Positions 11,700 through 23,204 of a stretch of DNA of 64,000 bases are shown here, piece after piece. Positions within the stretch are counted from its first letter, which is position 1. Every line of letters begins with the position of its first letter. This stretch comes from Massalongia carnosa. Its lineage: Eukaryota. A program made the position numbers and the translations under genes. The stretch spans positions 496,001 through 560,000 of the forward strand of contig OZ287075.1 of NCBI GenBank assembly GCA_965645245.1. Reading direction: 5' to 3'. The notes beneath the pieces are model-generated. The model did no database searches, was not told where the DNA came from, and saw only the letters and a program-made list of their open reading frames with translations.

Positions 11700-13472
11700 T
11701 TGGGGGGTTGATGTTCGTTTAAGTCCAGTAGTTGGGACCATGCATGCGTTGAGACTCAACCTTTTCCCCCGACTACTACATTGGGAACAGCACGTGCATG
11801 GAGCCAGCCCTAAGTAGTTTTGGCTAACAGACGTCATCGTCCCCATCATTTCACGGGGTTCCGAACACGCCACCCCTGTAACAGCTAACTACTTCTCCGT
11901 ACAGAGAGGGTAGGTACAGAGTATCTGTTATATTATGAGAAGCGTACTCCGTACAGTGTACCTCGATGCGTGAAAGGAGGGGGTGCTGGAAAAGCTTCTG
12001 CAGTCAAGTGAGTAAGCAGTTTGCATAACTGTCAAGTTCCCCGCTCAAGTCTCTCGTTCCCAACTCGATCCCATACGCCCCATCTCCCCTACGCCGTCTA
12101 AGCTTTACGGAGTACTGCCATTGCAAAATATCGCCAATGCATTTACCTCTTTCAAGACCTTTCCAATCTCCTCCTTTCTCGCTGGAACACCCATCTTAGC
12201 CCTTCGAGTAGTCCTGAAACCCCTTCTCCCTCCCCTCCCAAACCCCCAAAAACCCCAAAAATCATCCGAAACGCTCGTCGCTCGCATCAAAACTGTAAGC
12301 GAGGATAGCCGTGTTGCATTCCTCTTGTTTGTCTCGTATGCGTCGATAGGTATGCTATAATTAGTAGTCCCGTCATTAAGGCCTTCCCCCCCGCTCTGTT
12401 TCTCTCCTAAGTGGTTGTTGGCTCCCCGCCCACGCTTCACTGCCGTTTTACTTCCTAATCACCCAGGCGTCTACTTATCTTTCATCTCTTTCACACCACA
12501 TGGTGATCGCCTTATGTTGTTTTGACGGTTTCCAGGGTACACCTGAAGGAGCCAGTTGCTTGAGTGATTTTTTCCTGCGTTATGTGCTGTCTCCTTACTG
12601 ACCGGCGGGACCCAAGGGTGTAACCATCTAATGGTATTGTCAACGTCAAACCCATGAAAGTATTGCTCTGCACAAGTGACGGATGGCTAACGATCGGTGG
12701 ACACAGGGCCGCATTACAACATTCAACCTTACGAAACGCGATTCAACCACTATCACAAGGCACATGGATGGTAAATGAAGGCTTTCGTTGCCTAATATAG
12801 CCTCAGACACAGCCATACCTTGATTAGCCTGCATCCTCGCTTGAAAGAAAGAGACCTGCAAGCCCGAAAGCCGTCCTCGAGAGACCATCCGCCACATTTA
12901 ATGGACCATGACACGCGCCATCACGTCAGCTCATGGGTCTGGTTCACCACCGCAACGTCCCTTCACCTAATTTTCGAACAATCTGGTTGTGGGCCAAACT
13001 AGGCCAATCTCAACGCTATTGGCACCTCTTCCGGCGCCTTTTCCATACTCACAAGCATGCACAGCTACTAGGCGGCACCTATCGACCAGCGCACGAAACC
13101 GCCCGTGAATATCCCCTCCACCATCACCACGGCCGTGCGACATTCTAGTTTATGTGGGAATAAAAAATGACACCAATACTCTCTAGAGAGTCCGAGATAG
13201 AGGAAAGAAATAGCTACCAACTCCGGGGTTTTCATGCATTAAGAAACTGACGAAAAAATATCGGGAATGGCTCTGCAACAACCTAGGCACAGACGCAAGA
13301 ACTTTGCGGTGGTGGATTAGGTGATAAGTCGTGCATGCGAAGCCGACAGCGATAAGAGGGAGTCATAAAGACATAAAGTGAGCTATGTGTAATGGTACAA
13401 GTTGATGTGTCTCAGTGTTTATGATGATACAGGAGGACGATCACTGCTGACAATCGAAACTGTCAAGTAGGT

Positions 13473-14433
13473 TCAGACTTTCCGGAAATCTAACACGAGT
13501 TAGCTAGGTCTTTGCAGTGGCACCGGTCATGCCCACCGGAAAGCACAGGATAGATCATCTCAAATGCTTGATAGATTTCCTCTCGCACTTTGGCTCCCGT
13601 CAATACGATCTTGCCGCTTACGAAAATAAGAAGCACGATCTTTGGCTTGATCATACGGTAGATGAGTCCAGGGAACAATTCAGGCTCATAGGAGCTAAAG
13701 TGATGATGACGGCTTGCAAGTCCTTCCAAGCGAATGGGAAACTTAATGTCGCAAGAGCCTACAATGTTCTGGATCTTGAAATCCGTAAACTTTGCGTTGA
13801 ACCCAAGTTTTTGTATGATTCTAGCATATTTGCGGGAAGCAAGCTTGGAATCGTCTTCAGACTTTGCGCCAGTAACGACCATCTTGCCTGAGGCAAAGAT
13901 AAGCGCCGTAGTTTTTGGTTCACGAATGCGCATGATGACAGCCGCAAAGCGCTAGGACAGTTTAGCACATCATAGAGATCTCTATGTTGTGGTAGTCTAT
14001 CAGTACCTTTGGGTTGTATTCGGCATTTCTTGCGTGTAGCGCAATCGTCTTAAGGTCCAAGCGACAATCAAGGTTGACAGTTGCGACGATGTTTCTTAGA
14101 ACACCCCATTAAGCCTCAATGAAAGTCAGAGGCTAGTCGGGATTATACTCACTGCAAGGTTGGCACGATCCCACTCACACCCTGGGTTGCACTAGGAGTC
14201 GCAGCAGGAGTTGTGGGAGACACCCCGTTGCCCGTAGACGAGGCATTCCCCCCTTGTTGCTGCGCCCCGTTGGTCCCGTTCGTCTGACCAGAGTGTCCGT
14301 TCGCCTGTAAATGTCCATCTTTTTCAGAAGGTGGCGTCAAGTCTCCAGCTCCACCAGGGAACGACAAAGAAGCGGGCGAGGTGAAGGCAGTAGCCTGTTG
14401 TGCAGTGGACGGGTGGGTAGTGAGAGTATCCAT
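13473..14433 (-). CDS. SPT15: TATA-box binding protein
   Basis: [68 protein letters not shown]...[13 protein letters not shown]...DFRKV*; three introns. Confidence 0.98.
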
Positions 14434-15109
14434 CTTGATTTTGAGGGGTTAACGAAGTAAAGGTTGATGTGATGATGTGAGCAGTCTAGAGAAGAGTAAG
14501 GTTAGACGGTATGTATTGGCTAGGGTTCGCTCCAAGTCCGATGCGATCGAGGCTTGGTGACAGCGAGATTGAAAAGGTTGCAACGACGATGGTGTTCTGA
14601 TCGTTGCTCCAAGTGAGCTCGTACCGTATGTTGGAGATGAACAACCAAATGTGTCCCCTACAGCTACTGCTCGGCTCAACACTTTTATCCACCTCTGCTC
14701 AAATTCCTTTCATGAACAGCAACCTAACAGCCTGTAAGTGCGCCTTTGTTGTCTATGGGATGTCTTGAGGGTGGGGTTCTCGGATTCGCTGGCAAAGGTG
14801 ATGGAAAATGAGAGATAAAGTCGCTAAATCAAATCGGAAGGTGGGCTGAGTCTCGTGAGAGAGTGGAAAGCGCACTGAGAGCGGCTTTCAAATTTGTATT
14901 AAATTAAGAACGTAGAACTAGAGAAGGTATGATGGCGGATTTCTATGGAGTTTGTGGCGAATGTGGATGTGGAGAGGAAAATGATGGTGAAAGGTGGTGG
15001 AAGGTGGATGATCTGACGCTGGGAGGCACGTCAATTCACGAAACACGTAAGCGAGAAAATTCTGAAATTATTTGAAGGGGGAATCGCAGCGACTTTATAC
15101 TCGTACCCC

Positions 15110-15960
15110 AACTCCCAGCCGCGGCTTGCCACTTTAACCCGTCAATGTGGGTTAGTATGTATCGGGCTTAGAGGCACTCGCCGCTGCTTCTTAGCGCTAG
15201 CTACGCCCTTTTCCATCCAAATCCGAGCCAACGGGAGAGCGGAAAAGGGGGCTTGCTCGGCCATTCAGTGCCGTCCGCTTGCACTCATTTCGCGCAAACA
15301 TGGTTTCAGGCTAGATGGGTATCCTGCCGCTTTAACCCCTTTTTTCCACTTTGACCGAAAATCATCACAAACAAACTTCCCTTTCACTACTCCTATTACT
15401 GTCAAATCCAGGGGCTCAACATATCCATAAATGTCCTTTCAGTCAACAAGAGTCAATAAGCCTTCACAAACCACGCAACCCCTCGGTGAAGTGATAACAG
15501 TAGCATTCTCTCTTTATTTTGTTTGTGACGCTGGGTTTGTTAGTGATCGAAAGGGTAACTAGCATGGTCACATGTTTAGCTTCGGACAATCTAAGATTCA
15601 AAGGCTTTCCCTCAGTCCTTTCTTTCTGTGAGCCTTTGGATGCTTCTAGAAGATGGCGCTCTTGGGTCTGGAACTCGATATTTTCTGTCCTTCATAACCC
15701 AAGCCATGTTTATTGAAATGTGCTTGGACGTACTGTGTAGGTTACGCGTCGCTGCTGCCTAATTGTCCCCCGCCTGCCTAACTCGGCTCTAGACGACCTA
15801 CCGCTCAAAACCTCGCAGATACCCTTTGGCTTTTGCCCAGCCGGCAAGCAAGTTTGGAACAGTTTGGGTTTTGACTGTCTTTGTACCTGTAACTCGATTG
15901 CTTCACCAAAACTCTTATGCTTACAAGGATCGCCGATATTATCGTATAGTTAGAATGATT
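15110..15960 (+). ncRNA. Probable telomerase RNA (TER/TR); ends approximate
   Basis: Region with no credible protein-coding ORF and many helices, divergent from TBP. Contains a core-enclosing helix, boundary hairpin, template-like CUUUAACCCCUUU (15330-42), pseudoknot pairings, and a P5/P6/P6.1 junction with AA-CAGU-UUGGG loop (15815-15890). Confidence 0.62.
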
Positions 15961-16077
15961 CTGGCATGGCCCTCCAACTATAATAGAATTATGCCAATAG
16001 CTGATGCTTCCTTCCCATTATTCAAACGATCGACTCATGCACCCCATTTCGAAGAGTAAAACAGAAGACAATTACCC

Positions 16078-17240
16078 TTATCCGAACCTCGCCTTTGCCA
16101 ATGCAACCAATCCGCTCATCGTCTTCTCCTCCTTGGCCCTGTACACCTGGACCCTCTGCTCTCTCTCCTCTTGCCTTGCCTTCAATATTTCTTCCCTTCT
16201 AATCTCCCGCTCATTTTTCTTCCGATCCATCTCCCGTTTCTGTTTCTTGAACCCCTCGATTCCTCTATCGTCACCCCCTAGTAGATCTGCATCTGGAACG
16301 TCCGCGAAACCCCCTGTGTCAGTCTTCGCCAAGGCAAACGCACGATTATTGTCGGCTTTTTCACGCTTCTTTTCCAGCATGCGATCTTTGGTGCCGGCTT
16401 CGGCACGAGGGGCTAGCTCGTCGATATGCTCCTTTTGCTTTTTATGATCTTGAAGACGCTCTTGATGGAGGATCTGGCGGTGATCTAGGATGTCTTCATC
16501 TGCTAATTCTGTAGATGGGTATTTAGTCACGATGAAACTCAAACATCCGAGGAAAATCTATGCAACGTACCTCTTCGAAGTTCTAAGTCTTGTAAATTTG
16601 GTATCGCAGGTCCTGACCTCTTGGCTGTTTTAGTTACAGTCCTGTCTTCACCTGGCAGAGCAGGGCCGACATCATCGTCACTGGTACCATCTCCGTCATG
16701 CACTTGATCTAACATAACTTGTTGATGGCACCTGTTGCTGGCTTCTCTTAACGTTAATGCAGCAGATTCCTGCGCCTTTCGAAGAGTGGCCGAATCGTAC
16801 CATCCTTCAGCTAGCTCTCCGCGATTCCTCACAAACGTCAGCTCATCGATTTACAGTACTGACTTGTTCTCTATCTCGAAAAAAATAACTGTCCGGTGCT
16901 TAGAGCAAAAGCAAAATGTGGGAGACGAAACATACCACTTCCCCACAAACCTTTTCCACCTACCTCTCACCTCGTCCTTCGACAGCTCTTCTAGAATTAG
17001 CTGCTTTTGAATGTCCAAGTAGAGCTTAAATATGGGCTTGTAGATGCCGAAGTCATGTTTGCTGAGATTCGAAGCTTGAAAGGGAAGAATAGCTAGACGA
17101 TGAGCATGGGAGCGCTTGTGGATGGAATGATGGCGATGAGACACACGAGGGGAGCGGGTACGGCGAGATTTGGATATTGGCGAGTCGGAGTGAGCGACTG
17201 GACTTCGAGAACGACGGCGCGGATCTGTACGATTCGACAT
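16078..17240 (-). CDS. Conserved fungal hypothetical protein (RS-rich N-terminus, coiled-coil C-terminus)
   Basis: Three ORF segments joined by plausible introns; motifs LYLDIQK..EVRGRWKRFVGKW|NRGELAEGWYD and ELAPRAEAGT..R.LEKK...LAKARFG. Confidence 0.8.
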
Positions 17241-17650
17241 CCTTAGATACAGAGATTTGGATCCATGAAGGGAATTACGGTTTAGATAGCTTTTGTCACG
17301 TGATTCTTACTAAGGCTCCTTGAGTCTTGGACAGACCAGCCATTTTTTTTAGTTTTATTTATTCATTATATTTATGTACATAAAAAACAGCCAGGAAGTG
17401 GAAACATGGCCCCCAGGGTAAAACCACTCCCTTTTATTCCATATTGAACGCAACGAGATCGTTCTTCTACCACGCGGTGCATACACCCAGATCTTCAAGT
17501 GCTAGGAATCCTATAGACCCGATGAACTAGACAGTGTATCTCCACACGTTCGACGAACATTCTCTCTCTTTAACCGTTTTGACTCAATAGATGATAGACT
17601 GGCCATAATCGAGGGCAGATCGTGGTGTCGTATAAATGAAGATGTGAAAA

Positions 17651-17985
17651 TGTGGCCATTCCGAATGAATGGGCTTTTTCGATGAGGTGAGAGGCTTCCG
17701 CCTGGGGGGTGTGGCCATTCCGACTGAATGGGCTTTTTCGATGAGGTGAGAGGCTTCCGCCTGGGGGGTGTGGCCATTCCGACTGAATGGGCGTTTTCGA
17801 TGAGGTGAAAGGCTTCCGCCTGGGGGGTGTGGCCATTTCGACTGAATGGACTTTTTCGATGAGGTGAAAGGCTTCCGCCTGGGGGGTGTGGCCATTTCGA
17901 CTAAATGGGCTTTATCGATGAGGCTCTTTCGATGAGGTGAAAGGCTTCCGCCTGAGGGGTGTGGCCATTCCGAATGAATAGGCTT
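17651..17985. repeat. 59-bp tandem repeat (about 5.5 units) inside the retroposon
   Basis: TGTGGCCATT recurs at 17651, 17710, 17769, 17828, 17887 and 17960. Confidence 0.92.
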
Positions 17986-18067
17986 TGTATGCCTTTGAAG
18001 TGGTGAATGATCAGTAGAGACGTTGATCATTCAAACGGCCACCGAGGTGGGCTTCAGCGTTGGCGAT

Positions 18068-18139
18068 GATCAGATATTGGCCACCTCCGAGGAGGTGTTG
18101 ATAGCCTGCACCACGTAGAGGTTTCTGACCTAGCAGGCC
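18068..18139 (-). ncRNA. HDV-like (double-pseudoknot) self-cleaving ribozyme at retroposon 5' end
   Basis: P1 GGCCUGC/GCAGGCU with G.U first pair; P3 ACC/GGU; L3 UCUACGU; P4 CACCUC/GAGGUG; J4/2 GCCAA; P2 GGUCAGA/UCUGAUC. Confidence 0.8.
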
Positions 18140-18301
18140 ACAGACCAGCCATGCCAGCACATAATGTAACTGTCTTTGATTTTATAAGGTACTTCTACCG
18201 AGTTACAGTTATCAAATATGGTCCGTGATTTGCAGCTAGAAAAACATCGTTGATCAGGAATCTATTATTTCCTTCATCTCCAGGGCGACCCCTTTCTCCT
18301 G

Positions 18302-21300
18302 CTAGTCAAGGCCATCTTTTAAGGGAGTTGCAGGTCCCTTTCGAGGAAGTAATATCGACTCAAAATCATGATGCGGATGTGTATCATGCGATGATAGGAT
18401 ACACTTGAAGCAAAAGTCGAAGTTATTGCAGACAGTACACTTATATCAGGGGCCAATGATGTCCTTAAATGTCGTAAGCATATGACAGATGTACTTTATA
18501 AAACCTACGTAGTTACAGCCGTCGCATACGACACCTTTGTTCGTCAAGGCCTGCACCGCTTCTCTTCGGTGTTCGAGAATTGTTGTAACGTTAAGGGAGA
18601 TATATTCTCCGAACGGGGACTCCCATGACGCTGTGGAAATGCCTCGCGAACCACACTAAGGAGCTTGGCTACTTTAAAGTGGCCATGGCATAATGCGAGA
18701 CTCTCCGGGGTCGACTTGCTGGGGAAATCGTTGCTAGGTCCCCTGTCTGCGTCTGCACTGAGCAAGAGCTTAACACTCGCTTCCCTTCCACTTCTTGCAG
18801 CCCAGTGAAGAGGAGTCCAACAATCAATATCCAGCTGAGTGGGATTAAGCCCTTCCTCCAATAAACGCCCCAGAGCCTTGGTTGAGCCTGATGGAGCAGC
18901 ATGATGAAGGCATGTACGCTTCTGCTTGTCTAGCGCTTGGGGATCCAACCCAAGATTCACCAGGCGTTCAATCAGATCTAAATTACCTTTGGCACAAGCG
19001 TGGTGGAGGACATTTATGCCATGGTAGTCTTCCCACTCTCACTCTGAAAATTTCTCTAATATTATTTGTACCACATGATCGTGCCCCTTCGTGAATGCTA
19101 TGTGCAGAGCGCTGCCACATGATTCTGTTTCATACTGAAGATGTTCACTATGCTGCAATAGCAGTTCAGTTACATTACCATATCTACCTTGGGCGGCCAA
19201 ACACACAGCACTTCTTCCATGATAAGTCTTCAAGTTTATGTCGGCATTTTTCTCAAGCAAGAAACGTATCAGAATTTCGTGTCCCATCTGCGATGCCAGG
19301 TGTAATGCCGTCATACCAATCTTATCAGGAGCATCAATGCTAGCGCCATACTGTAGGAGAATTCGTACTACAGCTTCGTGTCCATTCCACGCAGCTTGAT
19401 GCAGCGCAGTGTTTGTCGGTTGATCGGCTGTGTGCTTGAGTAGTAGTTGCATTACTTCACTATGACCACGAGAGGAAGCCAGATCTATTGGTTTCATCCC
19501 GCTATCGTCGTTTATGATAATGTTCGCCCCTTTGTTCAAAAGTAGACGGACTATTTGACACAAGCCAAAGTACGAAGCAACCCACAAAGCTGAAACGTTC
19601 CGTGGGAAATATTGCGTGTAATTTTCAAGTCTCTGAGCTCTGATAAAAATGACTTGATTAGCGCATGACATCTTGGAATCGTCCTTGAGGAACCTTAGAA
19701 TCAAGGCTTCTTCAAACTCCTCTGGCATGATTGCCCCAGAATTTTGCTGCATATTGTAGGAAAGACCTGTCGTGTTGCCGAGTTTCCATTTCCTCGTCAG
19801 TTTTGCATGGCCCGCCATTGAAGTCCTCAAAAAGGAGGTACGTAAGACAACTTCGCACGATTTCTTGACGAGCTGAAGGAAAGTACTCCATTCCCCGCCT
19901 TTCAAAATACTCTTGAGTTGTGTAGTAAACAAAACCAACCGTATCACTTTCTCTTTGAACAATAATGATGCCGGCGCAAACAGATATTAAGAGATCTTCA
20001 TCTGTAATACTGCCATCATCAAGGCTAATATCACCAGGTTCCACTGCCAATGCATGCTGTATCTCTGTTATTGTTAATGGTCTCAAGGCGTGAAATATCC
20101 AGTAAATGACTCTAGTGGCTAACTCCGCATCATCGGGATTCTGGGCTTTGATCCTCTTCCAAATTTCATCATAGGTTTGATTGAGCCCCTCCGGTAGAGA
20201 ATGTAGAGCAGATTTGAATTTTCGAAGGGTAGTTTTTGTAGATAGAGAATCCAAGTGTAGGCGAGGCTGTAGAAACCTGAGAAATACGTAAGACTAGACC
20301 TAACGTCGTTGGAATTTGGCAATCTTACATTCCTTTTGCATTTTTGGTGATTTTAGACACTATGGAGTTACGTAGATTTGGATCTTTTTCGACGTACATG
20401 GACAATCGGTCTGATCTTGATACGCGTTCTTGGATATAGTTATTTATGTCTTGGTCGCTGGCTCGAATTTCTAATCGAGCAAATCCTTGGAATTGCCGCC
20501 AGATACTGGGAATATCCCGTGAGGTTACCAGAAGGTTCAAATTTGGGCTTAACTTCTGTAGCTCTGTAATCAAGGCTTTTCTAGTTCCGTCAACTTCAAT
20601 GCACTCGTCAAGAGCATCTATAATAACTATGACTTTTCTATAGCTCCGCACTGCCAACTAGAGTAGCGTTATATACTCTATGATGGATGGACGGGTTTGT
20701 TTGGGTGTATGGGCTTCATATAATGCCATGTGATAAAATAGAACCTTCAATTGAAAGCTGATGAACTAGGCTTGCAAGGAGATTTTCGATGGTTTGTATC
20801 TCAACCTCTTTGTAAGTGCAATATATATATGCAATACCGATTTCTGAACCAGAAAACTGATGTAGAGAATTGATGATGAAGGATCTAGAGCTGGATTAGT
20901 TTGAATAAATCTTTCGAGACGGCGGAATCTCTCGTACGTCAACACGGTTTTTCCAGCACCCGCTTTCCGCATAAAGTGTTAGCCCCAGGATGTAGGGAAA
21001 GATAAAGAGGCTAGTAAATAGAGATAATACGTATGCCTGTGCACCATAAGTGTCTTCCCCGCTCCTTGGAGCCAATCATTAAACTCTTTCGTGCTGAGTA
21101 GCCATTGGCCTGTTCCATCCTGTCGACATTTGAGGTTGAAAATATTCGACTGTTTCTCTTCAAATCTTCCTGCAAGGGGAGAAAGCCATCTAAAAACTTT
21201 GAACAGATAGTCGTCTACGAAATGTATCATTAGCTTAGGCTAATGTACGCTTAATATTAAGGAAAAGGTATCTGAGAAAGGTCATTATTTACGACTCTCT

Positions 21301-22305
21301 TGTGATATAGCTTAGGGGCTACTTCGTTTAAGCCTTGTAACCAAAAAGCAGATTTAGCCTGAAATTCTAATAGCAGAGAAACATAAATTGTAGAGACGGT
21401 TGGTTTCTTGTAAATAAAAAATAAAAATAACACTACTACCATTTTGAGTCGAGACCAAAGCATTGACATTGGTTGAGGTTTGAGTCAATGTACTTTGAAC
21501 ACCTTCCAAACTCGTAGCCACCGAAGCAGCTTGGTCTTTTAGAGATTCGACGCATTTAGAAACAACGAGCATTTGCTGACTTAAGAGCTCTAACTTATTC
21601 AAAGAAGCCGTAGATGCATCACTGTTGGGGTTCAGTAGAACGTATATTCAAGCGGTCCCGTAATCATGTATGAGCACACAGGCTAGGTGAGCCACTGCAT
21701 AAGAAGTATCAAAAAAGCAGATCAAAGGAGGAAATAAATGCTGTAGTCAACTTTGCAACATTCGAATATTAAAGACCTTCATCTAATTCACATGTCCAGA
21801 TCCAATAAAAATGTATGGTCGGCTGTGCTTTGTTGTAATCTTAACAGTACTGTAAAAACCTCAAAACTTACATCTGCAATGTATCTAAGGCAATGCTTAG
21901 GTTATCCCGAAGCTCATTCCCGAGCTCTTTGAGTTTGACAAGGGTACTCTCTTTGAATGAAAAGGCTGTTCGTCGAAGTTGAGCCTTGGCTTTCTTTCTC
22001 TAGTTCTCGGTTTGAGGAATTATTTTGATCTTGTCAAGTTTTCTCTTCAACTTATTAAGCTTGTGTTGGGTTGAAGCAATGCTTTCCTCCACCTGAAGTA
22101 CGATATCGGGATAGAAAGTTTTATGCTGGATGGCTAACTGAAGAAGAATAAGCGACCTGGTGAGAGCCTCTGTTGAACTATACATCCTCCTGACATCTTC
22201 CTCTGCATCTTTCCAGGAACCGTAATAGTCAAGTAGGCCGTTGCAGATGGTTATGCCGGTTGACAGAAGACCAGCCGTGCCGGCTGCAATTGATAGATGA
22301 TCCAT
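18302..22305 (-). pseudogene. Fungal NLR-like gene: HeLo-like N-terminus, NACHT NTPase, ankyrin repeats, C-terminal ZZ zinc finger; disrupted
   Basis: MDHLSIAAGTAGLLSTGITIC N-domain; GTGQWLL, GAGKT, IIIDALDEC, LLVTSR; many TALH/TPLH ankyrin repeats; CDGC..YKCTVCNNFDFCFKC..H.HH. In-frame stops (e.g. 22000, about 18447) and frameshifts. Confidence 0.85.
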
Positions 22306-22931
22306 AATTTTTGAGTTATGTCTACGGATTACTCAGGAAGAAATAACAAAAGATCCAAGTACCATAGGAAATATAGCCTGAATGCCTTCACTAAAACCAT
22401 CGGATTGAGTTGGCTGAAAACCGGCATGTGGCGTTTGTTCGGGTGGTTGTTGCGATGTGGCTTGTGGCTGAGCGACGTGCCGTCTTTCCGCAATTGTACC
22501 ATCAGTAAGTCGCAAGAAACCCTTATGGGAGCCTGAACTTCAACTGATTTCTTATACTTAAATATATAACCAGTACTATCCATAGACATCCATTTATCCT
22601 AGTAACTCTGATCCTCCTAATCATCACGGCTTGAGAAGAACTCCTCATAACCTAACTATTCCTTGATATTCGTCTTTTGGAATCCGAAAGCTTTGGAAGG
22701 GGTCGTGAGCTTCTCTTAGCTTCCCCTCAGAACATGGCTCTGGAGGTACTAGACAGTAGTACTACGTTTAAGTGGGAGCTCGGCGCTGGTGCACCCCCAC
22801 GCCACCGGTGGGTACGTGAAGGTGCCCAAGGCAGGTTACCCTGCCGGGATATTCCTGTACGAATAGTAATAGTCTATAAAGAGATAAAAACTACTAGAGT
22901 AACAGAAACTGCTTGTTGAAAGAAAAATAAC

Positions 22932-23204
22932 TCATCGTCTTAGATTGAAAAGCTGAGCTGCTAGGGCCTCCAGCGTAGTAAGCAAAGCTTTGACTTCGTC
23001 CATATTCCTCCTTATCAGTTCGCTAATTTCGTCAAGTGAGGTTTGTAATGGGTGCTCGGGAAGGGGACGAGGAGGAGATGGAGAGGAGAGTAGTTTCTCG
23101 ATATACACAGGCAACCGAGGAAGCACATATTTTTCTATGATGGCGGTAAGTAGACCACTCAGCCAGCTGCCTATTGCCCCAAACTTGCTCCAGGGATCTG
23201 ACAT
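22932..23204 (-). CDS. Small hypothetical protein (90 aa, hydrophobic N-terminus, coiled-coil C-terminus)
   Basis: ATG-initiated ORF with protein-like composition; no family recognised. Confidence 0.3.
   Translation of the reverse strand: MSDPWSKFGAIGSWLSGLLTAIIEKYVLPRLPVYIEKLLSSPSPPRPLPEHPLQTSLDEISELIRRNMDEVKALLTTLEALAAQLFNLRR

Larger units (their letters stand above)
17344..18139 (-). mobile_element. Non-autonomous non-LTR retroposon (SINE-like), copy 1
   Basis: 13-bp TSD ACAGACCAGCCAT (17331-43 / 18140-52); A-rich tail (T-run at 17344); no coding capacity; homologous copy at 39893-40473. Confidence 0.9.

Noticed and set aside
13421..13451. Box C/D snoRNA (ATGATGA...CTGA)
   Set aside because: Only about 30 nt between the boxes, too short; lies in the TBP 3' UTR region.
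15400..15420. RNase MRP RNA (GGGGCTCA resembles CR-V)
   Set aside because: The partner CR-I GAAAGTCCCC is absent upstream.
17651..17985. CRISPR-like array or hammerhead ribozyme repeats
   Set aside because: Units are contiguous with no unique spacers, the context is eukaryotic, and there is no CUGANGA core in the correct arrangement on either strand.
17511..18030. Overlapping ORFs MATPPRRKP... / MINVSTDH...
   Set aside because: These are translations of the 59-bp tandem repeat; the frames are not conserved in copy 2.
18020..18139. tRNA-derived SINE head (A/B boxes)
   Set aside because: Only weak box-like matches and no cloverleaf; the HDV-like fold explains the 5' 72 nt much better.
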